Shown here piece after piece: positions 30,523 through 40,358 of a stretch of 64,000 nt of DNA (position 1 is the stretch's first letter; each line of letters begins with the position of its first letter). The stretch is taken from the IMG/VR virus record IMGVR_UViG_3300024350_000006. One strand, given 5' to 3'. Source of the DNA: a virus. Both the position numbers and the translations under genes were made by a program. A model generated the notes under the pieces. It saw only the letters and a program-made list of their open reading frames with translations, had not been told where the DNA came from and did not search any database.

Positions 30523-30864
30523 ATGAAAACCACTCTAGCTGCCATCTTACTGGCCACTATAGCCTCGGCAGCTAGTGCCGAACCACATTCCCGACAAGTC
30601 CGTATGATGTGCGGTAGCCTTGAGGAAGTGGAAATGACAGTGGAAAAGTATGGGGAAAAATTGATAATTGCCACGCAAGCCCCCAACGAAGAAAGTCATA
30701 ACCTATTGTATGTTAACTTTGAAACACAGACATCCAGCTGGTTTATACACGATCTAGGAACTAATGAATACTGTATGGCGGGAGTAGGAAAAGCAATACA
30801 TATTCCCGAGGACAGTCCTATAAAACAAGGCACAGGAATTGGAACAAGAATTAATTACAAATAA
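30523..30864 (+). CDS. Secreted hypothetical protein
   Basis: Signal peptide ..ASASA; TAAATA upstream. Confidence 0.65.
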   Translation: MKTTLAAILLATIASAASAEPHSRQVRMMCGSLEEVEMTVEKYGEKLIIATQAPNEESHNLLYVNFETQTSSWFIHDLGTNEYCMAGVGKAIHIPEDSPIKQGTGIGTRINYK

Positions 30865-30889
30865 AAACCTGGATTTTCCAGGTTTTTTT
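30863..30889 (+). terminator. Intrinsic terminator
   Basis: AAAAACCTGG-atttt-CCAGGTTTTTTT. Confidence 0.75.
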
Positions 30890-31048
30890 ATGACAAGGAG
30901 CAAGCTATGAGCTGGTTCGGACACAGACCCCAAAGAAATCCACCCCCACCCCCACAACCCAGTAAATCCCCTAATCGTATCGAATAAATACCCAGTATTC
31001 AACTATATTTGATTCTCAAAATAATAACAATAAAGGAATCAACTAAGC

Positions 31049-31828
31049 GTGGATCCACTAACGCTGTTCGCGCTGGCCAATGGGGCCGTTAAACTTGTAA
31101 AGGAAGGCTGTAAACTCTACAAGGATATAAAAGGAGCTGCTGGGGACATAAAAGACGTCCTCCAGGATCTTGACGACCAATTCCATCAGAAATACAAAGA
31201 TCGTACACCAACTGTAGCAGAAAAAAACCAGTATATAGCTGAAAAAAATCGTATCATTGACTTAAACAAACAAAGCGGTGATACTACCAACATATACACA
31301 CAAATTGGAGAACAGCTGGGCGTATATTTTGATAACCTGCATAAGTGTAATGCAGTATTTCAGGAAGAAGAACGTCGCAGCAAGACCGAAGTTTACCACG
31401 GAGAAGACAGTGTAGGAAAACGTGCCCTACAACGTGTTCTACTTAAAAAGCAACTAGATGCAATGGGCGCTGAACTACGAGAAATTATGGTATATCAAAG
31501 TCCTCCAGAACTAGGAGCTCTGTGGACTGAAGTAGAAGCAATGATGAAGGTAGTAGGCAAAGAACAGGCTGGTGCTATCGCTCTAGAAATGCAGAGAGAG
31601 GCGGCTGCTAGAAAACGAAAACAAAAAAGAATTAAACAGATTAAAGAACGCATAGCCTGTTGGTCTGTAAGTTTAATTGCAGTTTTGTATGCTTTATGGT
31701 TACTCTGGGCCATTGTGCAGATAAGAATAGAAGTAAAACCAGAACTGGGCCGTTGTCTACTACCCAAGGGAACTTTGTTTTATGAAAGCTATAACAACTT
31801 AAAATGGGTCGAGTGTGAAATCAAATAA
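31049..31828 (+). CDS. Hypothetical membrane protein
   Basis: MDPLTLFALAN..., C-terminal TM; TAAATA upstream. Confidence 0.7.
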   Translation: MDPLTLFALANGAVKLVKEGCKLYKDIKGAAGDIKDVLQDLDDQFHQKYKDRTPTVAEKNQYIAEKNRIIDLNKQSGDTTNIYTQIGEQLGVYFDNLHKCNAVFQEEERRSKTEVYHGEDSVGKRALQRVLLKKQLDAMGAELREIMVYQSPPELGALWTEVEAMMKVVGKEQAGAIALEMQREAAARKRKQKRIKQIKERIACWSVSLIAVLYALWLLWAIVQIRIEVKPELGRCLLPKGTLFYESYNNLKWVECEIK

Positions 31829-31967
31829 CTATATGAATACCAGGAAACAAATATGACTATTTTTATGCGCTCGCTTTTTTTAATTTTTACTTTCCTTGCA
31901 ATTCATTTTGGGGATATTTTTGGTATCTTGCTAGCAGTGTCAGGTTTTATAGTGATGGAAAAGTTTT

Positions 31968-32165
31968 GTGAAGATCTCGAGAAATTCAATGGCAAAGATT
32001 AATCAACAATTAATTCTTAGAATGGTTGAGAACGGATATTCCGACGAAGCCATAGCCCAAAGATTACGTTACGACGTTATTATAGTTAAAACTGTAAGAG
32101 AAAAGGCTCAGACTATTAATTCTAAATTAAAAATGGATGACGATAAAAACACCTTTAATCGTTAA
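31968..32165 (+). CDS. Small HTH-like protein
   Basis: GYSDEAIAQRL. Confidence 0.4.
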   Translation: MKISRNSMAKINQQLILRMVENGYSDEAIAQRLRYDVIIVKTVREKAQTINSKLKMDDDKNTFNR

Positions 32166-32745
32166 TCTTTATCCCTAGTTTTTTTAATCTATCCTGTATT
32201 ATTGTAACTGTTCTGGGACTCATTACTATTTCGTAATGATTAACATCTAGATCTACTAGATCCATCTTGTCCGCTAGCGAACGTTGGCTAGCCAGTGTAA
32301 CTACTCCATCGTTAGGTTCCACTATAAAAGGACTTGCACCACGTGTACTAACTACATTTAACCAGGGCCAGGATATTTCCATATCCTGTATATGACTCAT
32401 AGGGTAACTCTTGGGCCCAATATCGCGCATCAATCTACTAAATGGCACAAAGTACTTTGCATAGTCTGCTGCTTTGCTACCACCATAAGGAGTGGACAAT
32501 GTAATGGCTCCCTGTATTCTGTCAGCTAGTCGTTCAGCTAGATGCAGAGCGTAAATGCCTCCTAGACTGTGACAGATAAAAAAGATTTTTTTATAGATTT
32601 TAAGTCTATCCTGCATAATAGCAAGATTGTTTTCGAACCCGTTATCGCTATTGTACTCTACACAAGTATCGATTCCACCTATATGCTCTCTAATATAGTT
32701 AAAGCTTTCCTGCGTGGCGCTTGCGCCGTGTATATAAACAATCAT
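32155..32745 (-). CDS. Alpha/beta hydrolase
   Basis: YIHGA, HSLGG nucleophile elbow, STPYGGS, NDGVV, NHY. Confidence 0.88.
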   Translation of the reverse strand: MIVYIHGASATQESFNYIREHIGGIDTCVEYNSDNGFENNLAIMQDRLKIYKKIFFICHSLGGIYALHLAERLADRIQGAITLSTPYGGSKAADYAKYFVPFSRLMRDIGPKSYPMSHIQDMEISWPWLNVVSTRGASPFIVEPNDGVVTLASQRSLADKMDLVDLDVNHYEIVMSPRTVTIIQDRLKKLGIKIND

Positions 32746-32746
32746 T

Positions 32747-33019
32747 TTATTTTAAATTTGTACTAATTAATTTTCCGTCTACGCCCTGTACTAGAAATTT
32801 TTCTAGATCAGTAATCTTAATTAGCCTTTTTTGACCGTCAATTTCAACTAGTTTAAAATACTCACCCACTTCCCAGCCTAGTTTTTCTAATTCTATAGAT
32901 CTATCTAGAGTAATTCCCTCGTTAGTTAAGTCCCAGGTGAAATCCATAAACACTACAATTCTTCCCTTGCTTTCTATTATAGGAGGATATGTGTTAGTAG
33001 CCCAAATAATATGCCGCAT
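32747..33019 (-). CDS. Hypothetical protein
   Basis: DFTWDL...KLGWEVGEYFKL; start uncertain. Confidence 0.55.
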   Translation of the reverse strand: MRHIIWATNTYPPIIESKGRIVVFMDFTWDLTNEGITLDRSIELEKLGWEVGEYFKLVEIDGQKRLIKITDLEKFLVQGVDGKLISTNLK

Positions 33020-33104
33020 AACATTCCCCTAGTAAAAAAGCTCAAGTCTTGATCGTGGTCATCTAGATCGTTATTATCAGTAGTAGGCTGAGTGGGGCAG
33101 GATT

Positions 33105-33254
33105 TCATCTACCCTGTCCACGATAGACTTTATGACTTCTACGATAGCTTTTATTCATTGAACTTGTTTTGGGATTGAGACCACCGGAATTGGTACGTTT
33201 TTTTACGTGATCAATTGAGGGTTTATTGGAACTACCACCTTTAGCTTTTGCCAT
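33105..33254 (-). CDS. Small basic protein ending YRGQGR (49 aa, not in ORF track)
   Basis: AAGGAGG RBS; minus-strand TAAATA at 33280-33285; MAKAKGG...KTSSMNK...YRGQGR. Confidence 0.7.
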   Translation of the reverse strand: MAKAKGGSSNKPSIDHVKKRTNSGGLNPKTSSMNKSYRRSHKVYRGQGR

Positions 33255-33406
33255 ACAGCCTCCTTGAAAGTTTCAATTTTATTTATTCTTGTTTTAAAAC
33301 TCACTAAATACCACTACTAAAGTTTATGTATCAAACCACTTAACTTATTACATTTAATACTGTAGACTACAGTTTATTCAATTACATTTTTTTCAACGGA
33401 GATAAT

Positions 33407-34660
33407 ATGAACATCAAGAGGCAAAAACTGGGATTCATCGGCATCGGAAAACTGGGCTTGGACTGTGCTGAGGTTATGGCCACCAAACACGACGTTTGGG
33501 GATACGATATCTATCCCAGAACCAGTGACACAGTAAACGTCTGTGGCATTCAAGAACTTGTAGAGAACAGCGACTGGATTTTCATAGCAGTTCCTACACC
33601 ACACGCCCAGGGATATGACGGCAGTGTACCCAGCAGCCATATGGAACCCCGAGACTTTGGTCACGATGCAGTCTATGATGCTATTGATAACATCAATAAG
33701 TATGCCAGCACTAGCAAGAAGGTGGTTCTAATAAGCACAGTATTACCAGGCACCACACGCAAAAACTTTATTACTAGACTAGATCCCAAACACCAATTCC
33801 TATATAACCCCTACCTTATTGCTATGGGTAGCGTAAAGTGGGATATGGTCAATCCAGAAATGATTATGATTGGCACCGAGGATGGTAGTTTGACTGGTGT
33901 GGCTGGAGAACTTCGAGAACTCTACGATACAGTTATGGAAAATAATCCACGTTACGAGATTGGTACCTGGGACGAGTGTGAAGCAATTAAAATTTTCTAT
34001 AATACCTTTATTAGTGCAAAAGTTGGTTTAGTCAATATGATTCAGGATTTCGCTCTACGCATTGGTAATATAAATGTCGACGTAGTAACTAATGCCCTAT
34101 CCAAATCCACTATGCGTATTATGGGACCTAAGTATATGACTGCGGGTATGGGGGATGCCGGAGCCTGTCACCCACGTGATAACATTGCACTACGCTGGCT
34201 GGCAAAAGAATATGACATTGGCTACGATTTGTTTGACACTGTTATGCACGCCAGAGAAATTCAGGCTAAAAATCTTGCAAAATTTTTAGTAGATACAAGC
34301 AAACAAAATGGCGAATTACCCATTGTAATACACGGTAAAGCCTACAAGCCAGATGTAGAATATTGTATTGGTAGTTACAGTACGCTCGTGGGTTTTTATG
34401 TTAAAGAACTAGGATACAATGTAGTCTATGTTGATCCACTAGCAGACGATCCCAGTGAAGTGGTTAATAATGTAGATCAGGCCAGCGTATTTCTCTGGGC
34501 ACATAATAGGCGTATTACCTACGAATACACTGGTGAACAGGAAGATACGAAACCCTATTGTAACATACTGCCTGGAAGTATAATTGTTGATCCCTGGCGT
34601 AAGTTAACTAGCACTGATAGTGTAAGGGTTATACACTACGGTAACACTAGAAAAGTTTAA
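33407..34660 (+). CDS. UDP-glucose/GDP-mannose dehydrogenase family protein
   Basis: GIGKLG Rossmann motif, FIAVPTP, STVLPGTT, K.FYNTF, GACHPRD. Confidence 0.92.
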   Translation: MNIKRQKLGFIGIGKLGLDCAEVMATKHDVWGYDIYPRTSDTVNVCGIQELVENSDWIFIAVPTPHAQGYDGSVPSSHMEPRDFGHDAVYDAIDNINKYASTSKKVVLISTVLPGTTRKNFITRLDPKHQFLYNPYLIAMGSVKWDMVNPEMIMIGTEDGSLTGVAGELRELYDTVMENNPRYEIGTWDECEAIKIFYNTFISAKVGLVNMIQDFALRIGNINVDVVTNALSKSTMRIMGPKYMTAGMGDAGACHPRDNIALRWLAKEYDIGYDLFDTVMHAREIQAKNLAKFLVDTSKQNGELPIVIHGKAYKPDVEYCIGSYSTLVGFYVKELGYNVVYVDPLADDPSEVVNNVDQASVFLWAHNRRITYEYTGEQEDTKPYCNILPGSIIVDPWRKLTSTDSVRVIHYGNTRKV

Positions 34661-34735
34661 TCTGTCAAATAAAAGTTATTTGTTTGCCTGCACCTTTTTG
34701 GTGCAGGCTCGCTAAATATCTAAAACAATTTAAAA

Positions 34736-35455
34736 ATGACAGAATTTTCTCAGTTTAACGATATTATACTTAAAGCTTTTTGTTTAAATCCCTACAAACA
34801 AGAAATAATAGATAGAAAAACAGAAATTATAACCAAAGTTGCTGAACACTGGAGACAGCCTGTAAAGTCTATTCTGTTTATAGGATTTAACCCTGCTATT
34901 TTAAGTAAAAAGTTCCCCAAAATACTAGTTAGTCACATTAGTACTGAAGTTGGTCAATGGCTTATAGAACAAGGTGTAAATTTTGAGCTAGTAGATATGA
35001 ACAATATACGTCCCGTGGACCTAGCAGTGGCATTGGACGAATTTCTTACCTTTGCTGAAGACGATGCGGATCAGCAAAAACTTATAAGTCAGATTAGCAA
35101 GACCGCCAAGACTGTTATTACAACAGTTAAAGACTATAAAAATCAAGAATTCAAGGATCGCGAATATAGTCAGCCGGCTATAGTACGAAACGAAGAAGAG
35201 GTTACAGCTTTCACTGAAATTCATATCTGGGACAAAACAGATAAGAATAATTGGCAGACCCGTGTCTACGAATTAAATAAGATTGATGCTGTTCATCACG
35301 GTACTTTTAAGCGTAGAGCTTTGTTTTTTAAGCAACTAGCTAAGTTTACCAAGGACGCTGGCGCTAAAAACTTTTTAGTACATAAAAACCTAATGTATAA
35401 GAGTTTAATCAAAAAGAATTACGAACACGTAATTAGTATTCGATATGAGGAATAA
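34736..35455 (+). CDS. Hypothetical protein
   Basis: 239-aa ORF after hairpin 34686-34708 and TAAATA. Confidence 0.65.
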   Translation: MTEFSQFNDIILKAFCLNPYKQEIIDRKTEIITKVAEHWRQPVKSILFIGFNPAILSKKFPKILVSHISTEVGQWLIEQGVNFELVDMNNIRPVDLAVALDEFLTFAEDDADQQKLISQISKTAKTVITTVKDYKNQEFKDREYSQPAIVRNEEEVTAFTEIHIWDKTDKNNWQTRVYELNKIDAVHHGTFKRRALFFKQLAKFTKDAGAKNFLVHKNLMYKSLIKKNYEHVISIRYEE

Positions 35456-36694
35456 ATGGAAATTGCCAATCACCTAGAATCAATCGTCTCGGGATTGGTG
35501 CAGGATATCCAATCTAGAGTAAGCCAAGATCTAGAGTCTAAAATCAATGCCGACATTGAACAACAAATCGCAGCTAAAATAGAACAATACTTTTTAACGT
35601 TTGATCTAAAGGCTGCCCTTACCAGCGTAACTGGAGATGCTATAAGCCAGAGAGTTAGTAAGTATCCCATAGATACAAAACAAATAGAAGAACAAATTAA
35701 AAATAGTGTAAGCAATAGCGTTGAGCTAATCAAACAAGATATTGTCAACAGAATTCACGACATAATTAGTGTAGAGTTACAGAAATATAATATTTCAGAA
35801 CTAGTTGAAACAAATGTTAAAGAATATGTTCGTAGAGCAAACTTTCCTGCAGGCAGTATTCCTGCCACCAGTATAGATTTTACTGAATTTAGAATAAGTG
35901 GTGACGCCATAGCGGGTGGAATCATATCTAACTTTAGCAGTCTAGGCATAGATGATAGAGCCACGGCTTGTCAACTTACTATTTTAGATAATGCAGTTGT
36001 AGTAGAACAAAAAATAGTAACAACAGGACTAGATGTGCGTGGCGGTATCAAGACAGAATCACTAACTGTAAATGATTTAAAAATCTCGGGAAATATTGAT
36101 CAAGATAGCCCAGCACTAGCTAAAATAATAGAACAGGCCAAGTCTGATACTATCAATACTATAGCTAACAAAGGACTGGAAACACCGCAGATAGTTTTTG
36201 ATAACAAGATATTACTTAACGAACAATCTCTTGGTCCAAGTGTGCTAACCAGTCATCTTAGAAAAACAGGTACCTTGGAAAGTCTGCAAACCAAGGGTGA
36301 AACCCTACTAGACAATACTCTTTATGTACGTAACCGTCGTGTGGGAGTAAACACTCTTGAACCTGCCTATGCTTTAACTGTCTGGGATGATGAAACAGAA
36401 ACTGTCATTATGAAGCAGAGTAAGAATAGATCTTTTATTGGTAGCCAGAGACAACATACTGTGACATTAGGTGCAGGTGGTCAGGAAAATATAAGTCTTG
36501 ATCCAGACGGCAGCGTAACCATTAATGATCTACGTCTAGGCGCCCTACCACTGGGCACAGCCAGCACCAGCCCAAACTGGGCAGGAAGAACTGGAGAAAT
36601 AGTTTTCAATGACAGCCCTCAAATTGGCCAGCCTATAGGCTGGGTCTGCCTGCAAGGACATCGCTGGGCTCAATTTGGCACTATAACTGATTGA
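35456..36694 (+). CDS. Hypothetical, probably virion structural
   Basis: C-terminal GEIVFNDSP..GQPIGWVC...WAQFG, fibre-type motif. Confidence 0.6.
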   Translation: MEIANHLESIVSGLVQDIQSRVSQDLESKINADIEQQIAAKIEQYFLTFDLKAALTSVTGDAISQRVSKYPIDTKQIEEQIKNSVSNSVELIKQDIVNRIHDIISVELQKYNISELVETNVKEYVRRANFPAGSIPATSIDFTEFRISGDAIAGGIISNFSSLGIDDRATACQLTILDNAVVVEQKIVTTGLDVRGGIKTESLTVNDLKISGNIDQDSPALAKIIEQAKSDTINTIANKGLETPQIVFDNKILLNEQSLGPSVLTSHLRKTGTLESLQTKGETLLDNTLYVRNRRVGVNTLEPAYALTVWDDETETVIMKQSKNRSFIGSQRQHTVTLGAGGQENISLDPDGSVTINDLRLGALPLGTASTSPNWAGRTGEIVFNDSPQIGQPIGWVCLQGHRWAQFGTITD

Positions 36695-36719
36695 TTTTAA
36701 TCTAGTCTACTGCTAGAAT
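36691..36719 (+). promoter_or_regulatory. Sigma70-like promoter heading the small-gene array
   Basis: TTGATT-N17-TAGAAT (with TG extension). Confidence 0.6.
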
Positions 36720-36724
36720 GCAGT

Positions 36725-36988
36725 ATGACCTTAATTCTAAGCCACAGACAATGGAATAAAATCTACCCAATCCTAATCAAGGAATTAGGACCCTCGGGAG
36801 TTCTAAGTTGGAATCTCAAAAAAAATTTTGGATATACTGTTAGATATCATCGCGGCAAGGACATTCTATTGAACAAGTGGGTAGACGATATAAGATTAGA
36901 TTTTTTCTCTGAATCGGCTATATCTATGTTCAGATTAAAATTTCTAGACATACTAAATGCCAATGAAAATTCTCGGGAGGTTATATGA
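36725..36988 (+). CDS. Hypothetical protein
   Basis: ORF; ATGA overlap with the next gene. Confidence 0.6.
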   Translation: MTLILSHRQWNKIYPILIKELGPSGVLSWNLKKNFGYTVRYHRGKDILLNKWVDDIRLDFFSESAISMFRLKFLDILNANENSREVI

Positions 36989-37320
36989 TTGAAATGCGCT
37001 GGTTAAAACGTAATACTGGTAGGGTTATCTACAACCAGTATGGTCTTGAAACATTAGAAACAACAACTGTACTTCAATATCGTGTGTATATTGATCACGC
37101 CACCTACGCCTTGCCTGCAGGCGTTCCAAGACCCAAAGGCCACGAGGATATGCGTTGGTCTCAATGGCAGGATGTTCCCACTGTGGATGAAACCAGTGCA
37201 AGAGCAACTGCATTAAACTCCTGTAGCAAATGCAATCTAGATTTCACACACAGTTACAATATGGGTTTTGTGTGTTCTAATAATCCCTGTCCCTCGGGAC
37301 TGGGCTCTAGTGCCAGTTAA
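36985..37320 (+). CDS. Hypothetical protein with C-terminal Cys cluster
   Basis: GGAGG RBS; VLQYR, WSQWQDVP, CSKC..C....C. Confidence 0.6.
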   Translation: MIEMRWLKRNTGRVIYNQYGLETLETTTVLQYRVYIDHATYALPAGVPRPKGHEDMRWSQWQDVPTVDETSARATALNSCSKCNLDFTHSYNMGFVCSNNPCPSGLGSSAS

Positions 37321-37390
37321 AATAGCGGTGACTACAATCGAGGCATTATGGACTGTTACGATAATATTAAAGAGCATTTTGGAGATTTAA
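37321..37390 (+). pseudogene. Start-less 3' remnant of an MNER/KHFGVE-family gene
   Basis: Reads ...YNRGIMDCYDNIKEHFG.. immediately after the stop of 36985..37320. Confidence 0.55.
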
Positions 37391-37624
37391 ATGAACGAAC
37401 GATTTAAAGAACTTGCTGTACAATCTGATTTGTGGCGAATGCTAGAAGAATATTCTTGGGAATTCGGTAGTTGCGATCCTGAAAAAGATTGTGGTCGTAT
37501 TGAAAAATTCGCCGAGTTGATTGTGCGGGAATGTATTGAACAAGTTATTACTGGACCCAACGGACCTGCTCATTATGCTGTGGAAGCGGCTTTACGATTA
37601 AAGAAACATTTCGGAGTAGAATGA
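37391..37624 (+). CDS. MNER-EKFAELIVREC-KHFGVE family protein 1
   Basis: All three motifs present. Confidence 0.8.
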   Translation: MNERFKELAVQSDLWRMLEEYSWEFGSCDPEKDCGRIEKFAELIVRECIEQVITGPNGPAHYAVEAALRLKKHFGVE

Positions 37625-37794
37625 TGAACGAAGAACTCAATGAAATACTCAACCAAGAAATAGTTAGAGAAACACTATTAGAAGTCAATCCCAACACCGA
37701 TGATGCTCTAGTGGAAAAGATATGGAGTCATTGTAATGGTAATCCTTGGAACGCTGTCCCTCTCTACAACATCCTAAAGGCTTTGGAAAAATGA
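37621..37794 (+). CDS. Small cargo ORF (57 aa, not in track)
   Basis: MMNEELNEILNQEIVRE...WSHCNGNPWNA..; ATGA overlaps at both ends. Confidence 0.65.
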   Translation: MMNEELNEILNQEIVRETLLEVNPNTDDALVEKIWSHCNGNPWNAVPLYNILKALEK

Positions 37795-38024
37795 ACGAAC
37801 GATTTCGGGAACTTGCTAAAGAGGCTGGCGGAAACCCAAACTATAAGGCTTTTGGTGGACATTTTCTTCCCCCGCCGCCAGACTATATTGATCCTGCTAC
37901 TGTGGACTTAGCAAAGTTCGCCGAGTTGATTGTGAGAGAATGTTGTGATGTTTTGTATGACAATGAACTGGGTGGGTATCAAGTAAACTATGTACTAAAA
38001 GAACATTTTGGAGTTGAAAAATGA
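37791..38024 (+). CDS. MNER family protein 2
   Basis: MNERFRELA...AKFAELIVRECC...KEHFGVEK; true start 37791. Confidence 0.8.
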   Translation: MNERFRELAKEAGGNPNYKAFGGHFLPPPPDYIDPATVDLAKFAELIVRECCDVLYDNELGGYQVNYVLKEHFGVEK

Positions 38025-38260
38025 AAGAAACTACTAGATACTTTCGCTCTACATTTGACAAAATGCGACAGCGTGGATGGACTGTTATTCCTTGGGAGCC
38101 GGGGCAATCCAATCAAGCACAAGTCTTAGACTGGCTACGATCAAACGGTGATGGTGAATTTTATTATTCAGCAGAAGCAAACAAATTTAACTTTAGTATC
38201 GTAATCAAAGATGCCAACGATGCTGATAGATTCAAACAACATTTTGGAGTTGAAGAATGA
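38021..38260 (+). CDS. Unrelated protein fused to the KQHFGVEE tail
   Basis: Carries only block C. Confidence 0.7.
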   Translation: MKETTRYFRSTFDKMRQRGWTVIPWEPGQSNQAQVLDWLRSNGDGEFYYSAEANKFNFSIVIKDANDADRFKQHFGVEE

Positions 38261-38427
38261 GACTAATTGAAAAACAAGTAAAGGCAAACCCCGATACCTT
38301 TGCACCTGAATTGGTGGTGACTGTTGCGCTCCCGGTCCAACTAGAAGATAAACCCAACGACATTAAAACCTATGAACAATGGGGCAAAGAGTTTTTAGAT
38401 TTAATTGGAGCAAAGGCCAAAGAATGA
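38257..38427 (+). CDS. Small cargo ORF (56 aa, not in track)
   Basis: MRLIEKQVKANPDTFAPE...; ATGA overlaps at both ends. Confidence 0.65.
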   Translation: MRLIEKQVKANPDTFAPELVVTVALPVQLEDKPNDIKTYEQWGKEFLDLIGAKAKE

Positions 38428-38654
38428 ACGAACGAATTCAAGAACTTTGGAATAAGGCTGCTGACTCTACGGCCGCTTTCCCCAGTGGACAAAATAACTC
38501 TTGGGAAATTCAGGTTAATTTTATGGAAAAATTCGCCGAGTTAATTATATCCGAATGTATTGACATTATCGGTCCCTATGCTGTCAGGATGGACGACTTT
38601 GATGGCGGGCATCCTATTGCAGATTTAAAGAAACATTTTGGAGTAACCCAATGA
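38424..38654 (+). CDS. MNER family protein 3
   Basis: MNERIQEL...EKFAELIISEC...KKHFGVTQ; true start 38424. Confidence 0.8.
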   Translation: MNERIQELWNKAADSTAAFPSGQNNSWEIQVNFMEKFAELIISECIDIIGPYAVRMDDFDGGHPIADLKKHFGVTQ

Positions 38655-38830
38655 CACCAGAATTCATTGACCGAGTAAAACGAGACTATGATAACGAAGT
38701 AACCAAACCAGATTGGGAATCTTATCTTGCTGGATATTGGGCTGCGGTTAAACGCTTTGGTAATGCCCGTGATAGAAAAGAAACTAAATCAAAACTTGGA
38801 TATTCACGAATTGGATTGAGGAATGTATGA
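38651..38830 (+). CDS. Small cargo ORF (59 aa, not in track)
   Basis: MTPEFIDRVKRDY...WESYLAGYWAA..; ATGA overlaps. Confidence 0.65.
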   Translation: MTPEFIDRVKRDYDNEVTKPDWESYLAGYWAAVKRFGNARDRKETKSKLGYSRIGLRNV

Positions 38831-39087
38831 ACAATGAACGACTTATAGTGCTTGCTAATGAGTGTACTTCATACAAAGAAGGGTTTATTGAAGGAAAACA
38901 CGACATTGAGATTTTTGACAAAGAAAAGTTCGCCGAGTTGATTGTGAGAGAATGTATCGATGCTATTGATGCTGCCCGACCATATCATACAAACGATCAT
39001 CTGGTAAATGATTATATGAATGGTGTTGAACACGGGCATAAGTTTGCTATTACTATGATTAGAAAACATTTCGGAGTTGAAGAATGA
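38827..39087 (+). CDS. MNER family protein 4
   Basis: MNNERL...EKFAELIVRECI...RKHFGVEE. Confidence 0.8.
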   Translation: MNNERLIVLANECTSYKEGFIEGKHDIEIFDKEKFAELIVRECIDAIDAARPYHTNDHLVNDYMNGVEHGHKFAITMIRKHFGVEE

Positions 39088-39221
39088 GTAATTTATGGAT
39101 CAACTGGAGATTTGGAACAAGACATTTACAGATCAGTCGTGACTTTCCCTATGTAAGTTTTAGAGTCAATCCATATTGGGTTGAGCATAAACCCGCTAAA
39201 TGGTTTGAGGTCTATAGATGA
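39084..39221 (+). CDS. Small Trp-rich cargo ORF (45 aa, not in track)
   Basis: MSNLWINWRFGTRHLQI...KWFEVYR; ATGA overlaps. Confidence 0.6.
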   Translation: MSNLWINWRFGTRHLQISRDFPYVSFRVNPYWVEHKPAKWFEVYR

Positions 39222-39326
39222 ACAAACCAATTCAAGAGGCAGTCTACAAGTATTTTGGAATCATTTGACCCAAAGTATTGGTTGTGTTAGACTACATTAT
39301 TATATAATTAAATCATAATCAAATAT

Positions 39327-40358
39327 ATGCCTGGACGAATAGGTTTTGCCTGTAAGTGGATTGATCATCCTCATCAAGTGGATGGTATCAAACCCAAGGA
39401 CGAATGCAAAGAATATAATACAATGACTACCACTGTGGCCTGGCTTAATCGTCAGCGTCGTGAAGTGGCTGAACAAAAACTCTGGGACCTTATGGTCTAC
39501 AATATTGAAGCTAATCGTAAACTAGTGGAAAGGGTGGGTGCTCTAGATGATCATCTCAAAATGGTACGTATTGGCAGCGACATTCTGCCCTGTTATACTG
39601 AGCCTAATTGGAGTTATTATTGGCGCCAAGGCGATGTTGTTCGTTACGCCGAGGATGCGTTTCGAAAGGTTGGTGATCTTGCTAGGCATCACGGCGTTCG
39701 TCTTAGTATGCATCCAGGCCAGTTTACTGTGCTTGCAAGTGATAGACCAGATGTAGTAGAAAGGGCTATAGATGAATTTGAATACCACAGCACAATGGCC
39801 GCTTGGATGGGCTATGGACAAAAATTCCAAGACTTTAAAATTAACATCCACATCAGTGGAAAGAAAGGCCCCCAGGGAATACGTGACGTCTACCCCAGAC
39901 TATCGCCCGAGGCTAGGAATACAATTACCGTTGAAAATGAAGAAATAAGCTATGGACTTGATGACTGTCTTACTCTTTCTGATCTCGTGCCTACTGTTCT
40001 GGATCTTCATCACCATTGGATCAAAAGCGGTGGAGAATACATATCGCCCACCGATGCTAGGATACAGATGGTGGTGGACAGCTGGCGAGGTGTTAGGCCT
40101 GCTCTGCATTATAGTGTTAGCCGTGAAGATCTTCTCGTGGACTTTGACACAAATACTAAGCCTGATTTAAAGTTACTTCTTGAACAAGGTCACAAACGAC
40201 AAAAACTTAGAGCCCACAGTGACTTTATGTGGAATCAGGAAGTAAATGATTGGGCGTTGGGTCATCTTGTCTGGGCTGACTTTATGGTAGAAGCCAAAGC
40301 CAAAAATTTGGCCAGCTTTGAACTGGCCAAACGAGCTCAAACACTGGGTTTGGTCTAA
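39327..40358 (+). CDS. uvsE: UV-damage endonuclease UvsE/UvdE
   Basis: RIGFACK, RLSMHPGQFTVLAS, INIHISG, TVENEE, VLDLHHH, HYS, AHSD, MVEAKAKNLA. Confidence 0.93.
   Translation: MPGRIGFACKWIDHPHQVDGIKPKDECKEYNTMTTTVAWLNRQRREVAEQKLWDLMVYNIEANRKLVERVGALDDHLKMVRIGSDILPCYTEPNWSYYWRQGDVVRYAEDAFRKVGDLARHHGVRLSMHPGQFTVLASDRPDVVERAIDEFEYHSTMAAWMGYGQKFQDFKINIHISGKKGPQGIRDVYPRLSPEARNTITVENEEISYGLDDCLTLSDLVPTVLDLHHHWIKSGGEYISPTDARIQMVVDSWRGVRPALHYSVSREDLLVDFDTNTKPDLKLLLEQGHKRQKLRAHSDFMWNQEVNDWALGHLVWADFMVEAKAKNLASFELAKRAQTLGLV

Larger units (their letters stand above)
37369..39232 (+). repeat. Array of three interspersed conserved blocks (A: ATGAACGAACGA; B: TTCGCCGAGTTRATT; C: CATTTYGGAG)
   Basis: A at 37391, 37791, 38424; B at 37508, 37917, 38532, 38929; C at 37375, 37607, 38004, 38240, 38634, 39067. 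Confidence 0.9.

Noticed and set aside
37369-39232. CRISPR array or DGR explanation for the interspersed repeats
   Set aside because: The repeats are of three kinds, in-frame coding and irregularly spaced. No cas or reverse transcriptase gene and no adenine-specific TR/VR pair are visible in the window.
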